Origin: Takakia lepidozioides
Taxonomy: Eukaryota > Plantae > Bryophyta
Assembly (NCBI GenBank): GCA_030704615.1
Contig: CM060734.1
Span: 3,286,001 to 3,350,000, forward strand
DNA: 64,000 nucleotides
Reading direction: 5' to 3'
The number at the start of each line of letters is the position of its first letter. Position 1 is the stretch's first letter. A program made the translations under genes and the position numbers. The notes below the pieces were generated by a model. It had not been told where the DNA came from. It saw only the letters and a program-made list of their open reading frames with translations, and made no database searches. This document shows, piece after piece, positions 30,117 through 42,600 of this stretch.

Positions 30117-33030
30117 TGTCGCGTACCTCCCTTCGGTAAACTCCCCCTCAAGTCATAGTTAGTCATTTTGATGCGCGCGCCTAACTCCCAAACTAGCCGC
30201 CGGGCCAACTCGGAGCTTCGGTTGCTCACCGGGGCATAACGGTCCCCCTTTGCTCCTCCACGAGACCCTCGCACACTTTGGGTCTAATGGAAATTCCCTT
30301 TGGTTGTTGGCAGTCCGGGACAGCTCCCCACACGTTGGTCGCTTTCCGGCTCACACGCTTACTCACTAGTTTTTTGTCACCGACGGGCTTGCACCGTTCT
30401 TGGGGTTACTATTCCTTATATATACTTCTGTGACTGTCCGCGGGGGTTTCACAAACAACACGGTCCTTTTATGGAGAACCACCACGAAGACCCTTGATTC
30501 CCGGTGATGAGTCACGGTGAGTCTTGGTCCACCCACCACGGCCCCAATGGACCGTGATGAGTACCAAGACTCCCCACGACTCCCACTACAAGGTCTCAAC
30601 CCCATGGTGAGTCCTATGTCACCCCCACTAAGACCCACTAAGCTACCACCACCCCTCGTGGAACCACCCCCACCGCAACTCGGTGTGCGGGGCTCCACCT
30701 AGTGAGCGCCTCCGTCTCCTTGAGTGCCTTAGGCACTCAAGGGTGGTTCCCATACCTATTGTTGCCACTGCCCCCACCACAGGGGCAGCCCCTCTTGTGT
30801 CCCGACCCCTTGCCCTCAAGGCAAAGGGCCGCGACACACACCCCTACCAACAGAGAGTCGATGTCCTCATCGACTTGTCCGTTTTGTAGAAACTAACATC
30901 CAAGTTGTGGCGTCCCACATCAAGGAGTTTGTTTCCGTACCATGGCGTCCCATGGCAAAGAACCAAACCCCCACTTGACTCTACTCTCCATTAGCTAGTT
31001 TGGCCGACTTCCTCCAAGTCCCGGCCAAGGGTGGAGCCTTTCAAGCTCCACCCAGTGCACTCTTCTTGGCCCACTTTAAGGCCAAGGAACGATCCTCCCC
31101 GAGAATCGAATCGCCTTACTGCAACAACATTGTTTGCGATAGCTCATGATGCCGTTTTTTGGCATCATCTTGAGTTAGGGTTCACCTTGAACCCTTTTTT
31201 ACTAGGAAGATAACCTTGAACCAACCGTGCGCCCCAATCACTACAATTGGGTCCGCCTTGGAATGCTGGCCTGAGGTACGAGAACACGCCGAAGCCGCAC
31301 TACGACTTCGTCCCGAGGCTACACGATTATAGTACGTGAACGGGCCTATTGTCGTGGACGCAAACTCCTCTCCATCGGACCGAAGAATCCGTGCTCCGTG
31401 ACGACAATGTGGTACGAATGTGCAATGAAAAGCTGCCGGATGAATGAATTTGTGATGAAATGAAAGAAGGGAATGAATGAATGTTGGATGAATGTGGGAT
31501 GAAAAATTGGCCCGATGAATGAACCATGGATGACTGCAACAAACATTTATCAATACCGATCAGCATGTGCGCAGGGAAACAAGCATTAAGTTGTCGTCAA
31601 CGCCAGCTTAATTCGCAGCCCCTGTCAGCATATGACAATTCAACCCATGAAAAAAAAAAAAAATTCCCGAGAAAAAAACCTTACCAATAAGCATTTCTGT
31701 GCAAGGAAACAAGCATTATGGTGGCGTCAACACCAACTTAATTCCGAGCCCCTATTGGCACGTGACAATTCAACACAAGGAAAAAAACCTTAGCGGTAAG
31801 CATGTGTGTGCAGGGGCTGGGGATTAAGGTGTCGTCAACGCCATATTAATTCCCAGCCCCTGTTGGCACATGAGAATTCAACCCAACATAACAAATTAAA
31901 ACCCAACAATCCGCGTTAGCCTGCACTACAAGGCAACCCCCTCGGTAGCATAGTTATAATACGCGCACGCGCCAGGTGAGCACTAGTACGTGAATTCCCA
32001 AAGAAGGTGCAAGTTTCCTTGCCCCTTGGATGGTAGTCACTCGATTTCGGCACTGCGCAAACACACGATTAATCCAATTTACCACTCCCACTTTTATAAA
32101 CTAGCATGCATTCTACACACTAGCCAACCATACCATGCATCACCATTCCAAACAAAATAGGAAGCACAACATTTGAAAACCATTTCATTTATAAACAGAA
32201 TTTGTACAACACAAGTTTTTGCAATCGGATTCTTGTGCTAGCTAAGCCGGACTAAGCATGCATTTCCTCCCCCAAGATCCAAGGATGATATCCCCATCAA
32301 CGCTTCCGTTTTTTAGGTCGTCCTTCGAAAGCTGCAACCGCCTTGGTTCTGAGGCACGCACCCAAGTTGCCTCCACTTGATGATAGCCCTTCCATTTCAC
32401 GAGATACTCCGTTTCTCGATTCTTGAACCTCATCGACTTAAGCACTGCCTCCATCTCGTACTCAGGTTCATTTTCATGATCCAACAGCACAGGTGGCGGA
32501 TGCAACACTTGATGCCGATTCGGACGCGCTTTATCTTTGAAGTAAGGCTTCAAAAGGGAAACGTGGAATACCGGATGTACCTTGTTGTTTGCCGGCAGCT
32601 CCAATTCATACACATCCTCATTCATAACCTTCCGGATGGGAAAGGGCCCCGCATACGTAGGTACGAACTTCGGACTCACTTCCGGAGGTAGTCGAAAATT
32701 CTTGATGTTCAACCAGACCTCCGTGCCTGCCTCAAACTTAACTTCCCTCCGCTTTCGATTCGCCTGCCGTTCATACCGTTTCCTAGTTTTGGCAATGTTA
32801 TACTTTGCGAGCTTCAACAAACGCTCGCGTTCTTCCAGCACCGCTACTGCTGCCGGCTCCTCACTGTCCTGGGCGGCCCAACTTGTCGGCACCAGAGGTG
32901 CTTCTCAATAGACCAATACAAAAGGGGAAACTCCCGTTGCGGAGTGTTTTGTGTTATTATAACAGAACTCTGCCGCATCCAAGTGCTCCACCCAGTCCGA
33001 TGGGTCTACCGACACATAATTCCGCAAGAT
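30117..33030 (-). mobile_element. 3' fragment of chromovirus: integrase C-terminus and chromodomain (32242-33030), 3' UTR, PPT, 3' LTR 30117-30836
   Basis: Reverse-complement homologue of ~44215-46608, with VHPVFHVSLLK, EYLVKWKGY and LTR termini TGTCGCG...CGCGACA. Confidence 0.9.
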
Positions 33031-34097
33031 CTCATCATCTGGTAGGGGCAAGCACAGTGCAGTAAGGTTGGTTACCTTGTTCTATAAAGAGGGTTGACTA
33101 CCTTGGAGTCAGTATACGATGAGAACTATTGATTACTTGTGTTGCTATTACAATAACAAAAGGTTTCAGGACCCACATCAATAAGTGCAGTATACTAGGC
33201 TAGGATACCGGAGAATGCGGTCTTCTTTGTAATGAAAGCCAATTTTGATTTCTTATGTTGGAGCCTGGATCCATCCAGAATTAGCTTGCCTTTAATGAGC
33301 CAACAAGTGTTTTAAGTCTCTTTTACAGAGTCGCCTGAAGCTATCTCACTGGAGCAGGAAAAATCTTTAGATGTGCATGATGTTGGCCATGTGGAGTTCT
33401 CTCTTTGAAGAAGTAAGTTTCTTTCTTTTTCATTCTTGATTCTCTTTAGTAAGACACGTCCTGAAATAAGGATGTCAGAGGTCAAAAGGGGCTAACAATG
33501 AATAGTAGTATATACACTGGCTTGCGAGGCGCATGCAATTTGTAAAGTAACAATTGAATGTCTTGAAGGTGTTGCCTTAGTCCACTTGTTGTTTCTCATG
33601 TGTCTTGTGTTACAGTAGAGTGCACGTTGTGTCTTTACAACAATTTGAAGCACTAAACAACATTTCCTAAATATGTTAGACGGAGTTTACATTTGTTGAA
33701 GTTAGGAAAGCATGTGTGATTCACCCAATTTCGGACCCACTCTGTTTACCTCTCCTTGGCTCATAACTCTAAACTGGGCTGCATTTGACAAAACTGTTGT
33801 CACTTTACAGTGTTGCACAGCTACAGAAGACTTCGACGGCTTTGGCCTGTCTTCTCTCTTGGTCATGTGTATTAGTTATCTTGACTCAGCTCCAATCCAC
33901 TATATGTATCATGAGGGAAGTTTGTGCAAATATGATAAATATTAAAGACACTAACTCTCCGGAACTTGTATATGTGCCAACTTGCTATTTGCACCAGTGC
34001 ACCTGGGAATGGGTGGTTATAGGCTTTGAAATTATAGGTTGTTTGCACTGACTAAAACCCCACATCTGCTTTCTTACTCTAGTGCTTGTACAGCTTT

Positions 34098-34529
34098 TGT
34101 GGTTTGTCATGGTTTTAGTCATGGTTATCTAGAATTACCTACTTCTAGTTAACTAGGACATTTTAGATATTTATATTTATATTTTGTGTGTTGGGACTTC
34201 ATTTGGTCTCACATGCCAGTGAGGTGTCGAGCCTCACTTTAGACATGGAGATAGGTTTTCCCCTTGTGAGTGTTGAGGATGCTCATCTTCTTGTAGTTGA
34301 GCCTCAATGAGCTTCTCTCACCTCCATAGCTCTAGGTATTGAGAGGGAGTGTGTTGAGGGCTTTGTAGGGTGGATTCCTTTAGCAAAGATGCCCTTGGCT
34401 TGACTTAGTTTATGTGATAGAGTGGATTTTACTTGGAAGGACTAAGGCTTGTTCTTCATGTGATTGCTTCATGTTTTGAGAGCTTTCATTGTCTTCTACT
34501 TCTCTCATTTCTCATCTCTTATCACTACA
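34098..34529 (+). mobile_element. Candidate 5' LTR, distantly similar to the DNMT-Gypsy LTR
   Basis: TGTGGT...ACTACA ends. Patches such as CTCATCTTCTTGTAGTTGAGCCT and GATGCCCTTGGCTTGACT resemble the reverse complement of 53560-53695. Weak similarity by eye. Confidence 0.35.
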
Positions 34530-35834
34530 AGAAGATCACCTTATGCTTGTGAGTGCGGAGTGTAAGGATTAGTTTTGCACTTGTATTTTAAAGAGGTTGA
34601 GAGCTAGGAGAATTTAGCTCTTGTATCACAAGGCTTGCAAAGGGTTGCAAGGAAAGGTGCTCGAGTATTGCATGCACCAAGGAGTTGGAGAGCTTGAGAA
34701 GAAAGCTCTTGAGTTACAAGATTTTGCAAGGATTGTAAGGAGGAAGTCTTGTGTGTGTGGAAGCATGGATTCTAGGGTTTGAGAATCCTTTGTATGCATT
34801 ATGGAGTCGATGGTGTGCGCCATGGCTTGTGGAGAGTGACTAAAGGCTTGTTAGTGCTCATTTCACTATCAAGCTAGGGTTAAGCAAGTTCAAAGTGTGG
34901 ATGTTGTGGAAGAGAAGCCAAGGAGCTATATATGCTTGGGCTTAAAGACAACAAGGGCAAGCACTTGGAGAGCACTAAGAAACTCAAGAGGTTTTGAAAG
35001 GGAGCATGTGAAGAAATCTTCCAATCATGGTGGTGTGGAGCCAAGCTTAGGGTGCCATTGGAAGGGCTTGGAGAACATGTGGTGGGAAATCCTTGAAGGG
35101 AAATCATCATTCAATGTATGCATAGCTTCATCCTAACTATGTAATGTGACAAGAGGGGGAGGCAATACTTGGCTATTCATGCTCTTGGTAGTGCGAGCTT
35201 TGTGGTGGATAGTTGACCAAGCAAGTGGTGCATGTGTGGAGCATGCTCGCTTGAGTTTGAAGTTCAAGTTTGAGAAGGGGAGCTCTTGAACTAGCAAGAG
35301 GTGAAGGCCTTTGAGATCCATTTGTGAGTGAAGTGGAGAGGTGTTGATTCATGTTATGATGAAGGAGAGCAACACATAGGCCAAGAGGTCATGAAACATG
35401 CATTCAAATGACCACGGGGAGCACATGGATGATGGATTGGTGCAAGACCCCAAATGAGGCATATGGCGTGAGAGTGGGATCCAAGGCGGATTGCTTGGGA
35501 GCATTATTGTAAGTGACAAGCATTGCTCCTACACATTGAGATAATTTGTGTTGATTTGGAGCAATTGTCAAGTGATGAGGAGACAAATGCATGATTGCTC
35601 GGCAATGGAGATATGGTAGTTTGCAATCAAATCCCAAGGACTAGAAGGGGGATTGATTTGGTGGACAATGACTTGCAAGTTGAGTTGGATCACTCTTGGT
35701 TGCACATTGGGGTGGAAGAGAGCAAGAAGATGCCTCTTATGACCACCTAGAGACCATATTTTTGCTTGAGTAGAAGCATAGAAGTCAAGGACTTGCATTC
35801 TAGCTCTTCATTACAAACCCTAGTAGTGTATGCT

Positions 35835-36230
35835 CAAACTATACCTCTGTTAGTATACCAAACAGGAGCTTGTCCCTTTGACTATACCTCTGTTGAGGTA
35901 TCACCATATGTGAACCCTAATGTGAGACTATACCTCTGTTAGTATACCAAACAGGAGCTTGTCCATTTTACTATACCTCTATTGAGGTATCACCATATGT
36001 GAACCCTAATCAGCTCAGACTATACCTCTGTTAGTATACCAAACAGGAGCTTGTCCCTTTTACTACACCTCTGTTGAGGTATCACCCTATGTGGACCCTA
36101 ATCAGCTCATACTATACCTCTGTTAGTATACCAAACAGAACCCTCATTTTCAGACTATACCTCTGTAAAGGTATCATCAACATAAGGGACCCTAGCAACC
36201 TCAGACTATACCTCTGTTAAGGTATCAACA
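35835..36230. repeat. Tandem ~89-92-bp repeats built of two CTATACCTCTGTT half-units
   Basis: CTATACCTCTGTTAGTATACC at 35839, 35928, 36020 and 36112. Confidence 0.85.
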
Positions 36231-36259
36231 GTGAAAGGACTTAGTGAAATTTAAGGGCC

Positions 36260-36380
36260 TTTAGAGGATTGTTTGGAAGATATTTGAGGGCCCTTGGAGG
36301 AGTATTTGGAGGATCTTTGGGGTCCTTGGAGGAGTGTTTGGAGGATCTTTGGGGTCCTTGGAGGACCCTTCGAGGAGCTT
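36260..36380. repeat. ~32-bp minisatellite (GGAGGAGTGTTTGGAGGATCTTTGGGGTCCTT)
   Basis: 3-4 visible copies. Confidence 0.75.
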
Positions 36381-37042
36381 TGGTGGACAATGTTGAAGAG
36401 CTCTTGAAGGATTGATTGAGGGATATTGAAGGATACTTGCCACGGCCATACAAGCGAGTGGATAGAGACAGGAGGGAGAGTGGTGAGATGAGAGCATTTT
36501 GGGGTTAGGAATTGCTTTAGTTTCTCTTCTCCATAGTCTTTCACTCTCTCTATAGGCCAAAACCTTTCCGTAGGTGGAGGCAAGAGTCAGTCCGGGTTTG
36601 GGCTGGGGTGTCCTTGCAGGAGCGACACTGTAGAGTGTTTTTGGTGTGGGGGAGTTGTTGTCTTGATTTTCTTGTGTTTGGATCCCCTCCACACCTGCAT
36701 GCTTGACTGTGCGCCATGTTAGCTTTGTGTGGGCGCTTGTTTTCATAGGAGGTTGGTCCAGATCTGATCACCGGCCAATCCTAGAGTATGTTGTCGGTGG
36801 TGAGGCTGGAGTGATGACCAGCAAGACCACCGGTGTTTCTTCTATGGTGAGGCTGGGTTGATGACCAGCAGACCATAGGAGTGCTTGCGGTGGATGCAAG
36901 TGCAGGTACAAGTCTACGTTAGAAACCTATTATTCTTGCTTGAACCAGTAGCCGCAACAGGTTCTTTACCCGGTTCCCTTGTAGAAAGTGGGGATTAGAG
37001 ACAGGTTGACAACCGGTTGGGTTGTGAGTTTTCATCACGGAG

Positions 37043-38047
37043 GTGCCACCAGCTGCTGAGGGGAGTGCCGGTACAAGCACCAGCGATACTAGTGGGTACA
37101 CAAGACAAGGTGTGCGGTTTAGGCCACTTTCACCTTCAGTGTCTTCTGAGGAAGATTCAGACTCGGAGTCAGGAGGATTCTCGCCGAGGGTGCAAGTCAT
37201 TTCCGTGCCATTGTTGTGGGACACGATGGAGGAGATGTATGGAGCTACCAAGGGGCCACGTAGGTACTCTGGAGCTGTGGGCACCATCGAGCTTGATGAC
37301 TTTATACAAGAGTTTGACAGTTGGTGTGATTTGCAGCAAATGCGCAATCCACAACTGTTTACGCCCTTTATGGCATGGAAGGGGCTATTCCAGCACCTTG
37401 AGGGGCCGCCCATGGATGATTACCATGAATTTAGGCGGGGACATGCGGTGGAGATTGAGGAGTGGCGAGAGTATTGGTCACCTAACTATGTCTCAATCAC
37501 TAGAGGCACAAGGGCAGCGGTGACACCAGCAGCTACACAAACATCTCCAACTACAAGCACTAGTAGTGGAACAAGTAGTGCCGGCATTTCTGTGGGTGGT
37601 ACCAGTTCAAAAGGTGCTACTACTCCTCCTGCCACAATTACAACACATGTGCCTAGATTCAACCCGGTGGTGGAGTTCTTCCATGAGTTGCGGAAGAACT
37701 ACCAAGGTGTACGGACAGAGAAGTTGCGAAGTTTGCAAGACTTCTAGCGGAAATCCAGTGAGAGCTTGCGAGAGGCCTACACTCGTATGAGGCGCTTGAT
37801 AAGTGTGACCCAAGGGGTTACTGAAGCTCAGGCAGTCCAGTTCTAGTATGGAATTTTGGACAAGGAGCTCAAGAGAAAGGTGCGGGATGCAACCCTATTA
37901 CAAGCGGCCCAACCCACATTAGCGGATGTTTTTCAGCTGGCTGAGCGGATTGAGCTCAACATGGTGGAGGAGCGAGTTGTTACCATTGAATTTGGCAAGG
38001 ACATGCCTGCACGAGGTGCAGCTGCCAACCAACAGGTACAAGGGAAT
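37043..38047 (+). pseudogene. Retrotransposon gag remnant, truncated by the satellite
   Basis: ELDDFIQEFDSW...LQDF*RKSSESLREAYTRMRRL...QF*YGILDKELKRKVRD...TLADVFQLAERIE is a capsid-like gag pattern with two in-frame stops. Confidence 0.75.
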
Positions 38048-39636
38048 ATGTGGAATGGGTTGAGGAGGGAGCGCGTCGATGGGGAGGCAAATGATTTATT
38101 CGTCTGTTGTGTCTCCGCACATGTGTCGCACACATGTTCAAGCACGTGTGGGCAAAAGAGGGGCTTCAACCACAACCGTTCAATGGGTGCAATAGTCGTG
38201 CACGCATTGCAGGATTTCTTTTTCGCATTGAACAAAAACCAGATGACAAGTGAACGCCTCATTGGACCATGGAACGATTTTCGATTGATCTCGTATTACA
38301 CTGGGACGTATCAGAGGGTGTACATTGAACACACTGGCCAGGTTTGAAAGCGAACGGAAATCATTTGATGGGCAACCATCCGTTGGCCCATTGAACGAAT
38401 TTCGATTGATCTCATATTATTCTGGGGCCCCTTACATGGCACATTGAACATAGTGGCCAAGTCTCGAAGCGAACCAAAATCATTTCGACGGCCAACCATC
38501 CTTTGAGCCATCGAATGAATTTTCAATTGATCTGATATTAGTCCGGGACCTGTGAGAGGGGTTCTGGAACGTGCTGGCAGTTTTGGAAGCTAACAAAAAT
38601 GATTTGGATGGGCAACCATCCGTTCACCCGTTGAATGTATTTTGTTGGAGCTGCTATTGCTTTGGGACCTGTTGGACTGTGTTTTCGCGTGCTCACGATT
38701 TGTTTTTCATTCCGTTTTTGAATGGGGCATGTGATGTAGCCATATGCAATGTGCGTGCCAAATTTGGAGCGATCAAAATTCATTTGGACCCAAACCACAG
38801 TTTCTATTTTCTTCCCTGTTTTGCCTCCAAACTTGATTTGGGCGTTCTACTTCATGCACTCTTCATAAGAGTTTCTGCAATAGTGAGCGAAAAGAGAACA
38901 CCTTTTTTAGGGGGGCATTTTTGATTGGTCCAAATTTTGGCGGGGGAGTAGCCGTGGGATGCTCGAAGCCGCAGAACAAAATTGAGCCAAACAAAATCGA
39001 TACTTGCCCAGAAACCCAAACCATTGCCAGGCTCAGCATGGGCCTGCTTTATTGGCTAAAAATAAATTAAATTTCAATTCAATTAAAATGTGGAATGGCT
39101 TGAGGGGGGAGCGCGTCGATGGGGAGGCAAATGATTTATTCGTCTGAACATGTGTCGCACACGTGTTCAAGCACGTGCGGGCAAAAAGAGGGGCTTCAAC
39201 CAAACCGTTCAATGGTGCAATAGCCGTGCACGCATTGCAGGATTTCTTTTTCGCATTGAACAAAAACCAGATGACAAATGAACGCCTCGTTGGACAATGG
39301 AACGATTTTCGATTGATCTCGTATTACACTGGGACGTATCAGAGGGTGTACATTGAACACACTGGCCAAGGTTTGAAAGCGAACGAAAATCATTTGGATG
39401 GCAACCATCCGTTGGCCATTGAACGAATTTCGATTGATCTCATATTGCTCTGGGGCCTCTACGTGGCACATTGAACATATGGCCAAGTCTCAAAGCGAAC
39501 CAAAATCATTTCGATGGCCAACCATCCGTTGAGGCCATCGAATGAATTTTCGATTGATCTGATATTAGTCCGGGACCTGTGAGAGGGTGTCGGAACGTGC
39601 GGCAAAGTTTGGAAGCTAACAAAAATGATTTGGATG
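38048..39636 (+). repeat. ~1-kb satellite, block 1 (~1.5 monomers)
   Basis: ATGTGGAATGG...GGGGAGGCAAATGATTTATTCGTCTG recurs at ~38048 and ~39088. Confidence 0.9.
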
Positions 39637-42600
39637 TGTCGCGGCCCTTTGCCTTGAGGGCAGGGGGTCGGGACACATCAGGGGCTGCCCTGTGGTGGGG
39701 GGTCAGCTGCAGCGATAGGTATGGGGGGGCTGAGGCCCCTTGAGTGCCCAAGGCACTCATGGAAGCGGAGGCGCTCACTAGGTGGAGCCCCGCACACCGG
39801 TTGGCGGTGGGGGTGGCTCCAAAGCGGTGGGGTTGGCTCCACAAGGTGTGGTGGTAGCTTATTGGGACTTAGTGGGTTGGCTAGGACTCACCATGGGGGC
39901 GGAGACCTCGTGGTGGAGTCGTGGGGAGTCTTTGGGACTCATCACTGTCCATAGGGGCCGTGGTGAGCGGGCCAAGACTCACCGCGACTCACCACCGGGA
40001 GTCGAGGGTTTCGTGGTGGTTCGCCATAAAATGGCATGGCTGGTTGTGGAACCCCCGCGGACAGCTACAGAAGTATATATAGGGAGTAGTAACCCCGAGA
40101 ACGTGCAAGCCCGTTGGTGACCAAAAACTAGTGAGTAAGCGAGCGAGCCGGAAAGCGACCAAAGAGTGGGGAGCTGTTCCGGACTGCCATCTACCAAAGG
40201 GAATTCTCCTAGTCCCAAAAGAGTGGGGTTTAGAAGGAAGCGAAGGGGGGACCGTTATGTCCCGGTGAGCAGCCGAACTCCAAGTTGGCCCGGCGGCCAG
40301 GTGGGAGTCAGGCGCGCGCATCAAAGCGAGTAACTATGACTTGAAATGGGAGCTTACCGGAGTGAGGTGCGCGACATTTGGTATCAGAGCTAAGTTCAGT
40401 ACGCGAGGATCGTCCTTGGTATTGGCCTCATCATGGGGTCGTGGCCAGCCGAAGCGAAACGGAACGGCCACAAAAGATGATGAATCCCGGTGAACCCGAT
40501 GGGGGCGACGTGCACCGAGGCGGCCGTTTGAGGAAGCGATGAAATGTTTCCGAAAACGAGGCCGCTCAGGAGCGTGAGGAATCCGAGGAGTCGGAGCCCG
40601 AGGAATCCTTGAGAGCTCCGACAAACCAAGAGATGCCTCCCATGCCGGCAGCCTTTTGGGAAGGGTTGTTGGCGCAGTTTGGCGGACTTGTTGAAAGGAC
40701 GTGTTGAATGGCGCTAATGCCACTTCCACTAAGGCAAAGTTTAGAGGTGAAGCCTAAGAACCCGGCACCTTCGGGGGGCGTTCGAACCCGGAAGGCAATC
40801 CACATCCTTCCTCTAACTAAATCAACTGGAGCTTCCTAGCAGAGCAGGACTTCCCGGGGGCCAAAGTTTTGACTAGTAAAGAGCGGGTGGAAGTGGTCTC
40901 CCACCTATTTAGGGGCTATGCTCAACAATGGTGAGCAGAACACGAAACTTTCTGGCCTCTCACGAGGCCGAGGCCCAAGCCCGAAACCGGTTTAACTGGA
41001 GTGGTTCAAGGAATTGATGAAGAGACAGTTTGTGCCCCTCAACGACGTCCTGGCTGCCCGGACAAGATTAGGAATTTTAACAAAACAGATGACTTCGGTA
41101 CGTCCCCCAGGCTATTCATGTGCTGTTGCCTCGAAGTCGCGGACATGCAGAACCAGAAATGGTCCTTCACACTTTGTGGCGGGACGATGGCCAGGCCTGG
41201 CGCAGGGCGGAAGTTGGAGGAGAACCACCCAAGACTTTGAACGAGGCAATTGAGAGGGCTGAATGTTTCCTCGGATGTCCCTAGGGGTGAAAGACAAGTC
41301 TACGGAGCTGAACCACAAGAAGACCGGCGGGAAAAGTGACTCCTTCCACCGGGAAAAGAAGTGGGATAGCCACGCTGCGATAATTGCGATGTTGGAAATC
41401 GAGGATTGCCTTCGTACGTCAATGGCGGCACCGGTTGCTCCGAAAGGAAAAGCGGGTGGAGCGCGCTTATGGCGGACAGAAGGCGACCTTTGATGGAGTT
41501 GTGTTTCAATTGCGGGGAGCCCGGGCACATGGCCACGAAGTGCACGAAGTCCCCCTGCAATTGAACATGACTTCGTCGACCAGAAGCTGTCAGAAGATAC
41601 CATCAAGTCGCTTGGTGAAGCGGTAGTCGCCCGGACTTGCAAGGTAGGCAACTATTCTTGTGAGTTGTATCAGGAACTGGCGCCCTGCGAAAGGGAGTCA
41701 ATTATTGTTCTGGATGGGATAATATCCGGAACTAACGTGTCGTTGTTGGTGGACACAGGAGCGTCGCACATCCTTCATGACGCCGGTGGCGGCGCGAAGG
41801 TGTACTCCCGACAAGTGACGGGGGGCCTCTATTGGAGGTGTGCTCTGCCAACGGAGAACTCATTTGGCGACAAGGTTGGCGTTTGATGTTCCTCTTCAAC
41901 TGGGGAGTTGGGAGGGACGTGAGAACTTCACACTATCTCCGAGATCGAGGAGTGGATCTCATTTTGGGATGACCTTTTTGAGCAATCCGGAGCGGTCATA
42001 GATGGCCGCAAGAGAGTAGTCACGCTGCCATGTGGGAATGGTGGCGAGGTTGTACGAGTGTCGGAAACCCCAAATCCGTGGGGAGGGCGAATAAACCTTC
42101 TATCAGCAAAGGAGTGGGGCCGTGGAGGAGGCACATGAAGTCCCAGTTTTTGCTTTACATTAGAGAAGTGAAAGGAGAAGGCTATGGGGAGCCGAGCCCA
42201 GATTGGATCAAGGGGATTTTGGAGAAATACCAGGATGTGATGCCGGAGGATTTACCAAGCGGCATTGCAACCGCGAATAGGAGTTGACCACAAGATTGAG
42301 GTGATACCGGGATCGCCGGACCGCCTGCCAAGGCGCCCTACCGTGAGCCACAGAGAGTTGGTCGAGCTGAAGACTCAGCTCAAGGATCTAATGTCAAGGG
42401 TACATCCGGTCGAGTAAGTCACCTTACGGTTCCCCGTGCTATTTGCAGACAAGAGGATGGGACGCTGCGGATGTGTTGTCGATTACAGGGCTCTGAATAA
42501 GGTGACTATCAAAAAAACAGGTAGCCTTTTGCCAGGATCGACGACCTCTTCGATCGGTTGGCAGAGCAAAGTATTTCATCCCGTATCGACTTGCGCTCCG

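Noticed and set aside
34530-35830. Coding gene in the purine-rich stretch
   Set aside because: Only short ORFs without motifs; probably decayed TE leader sequence.
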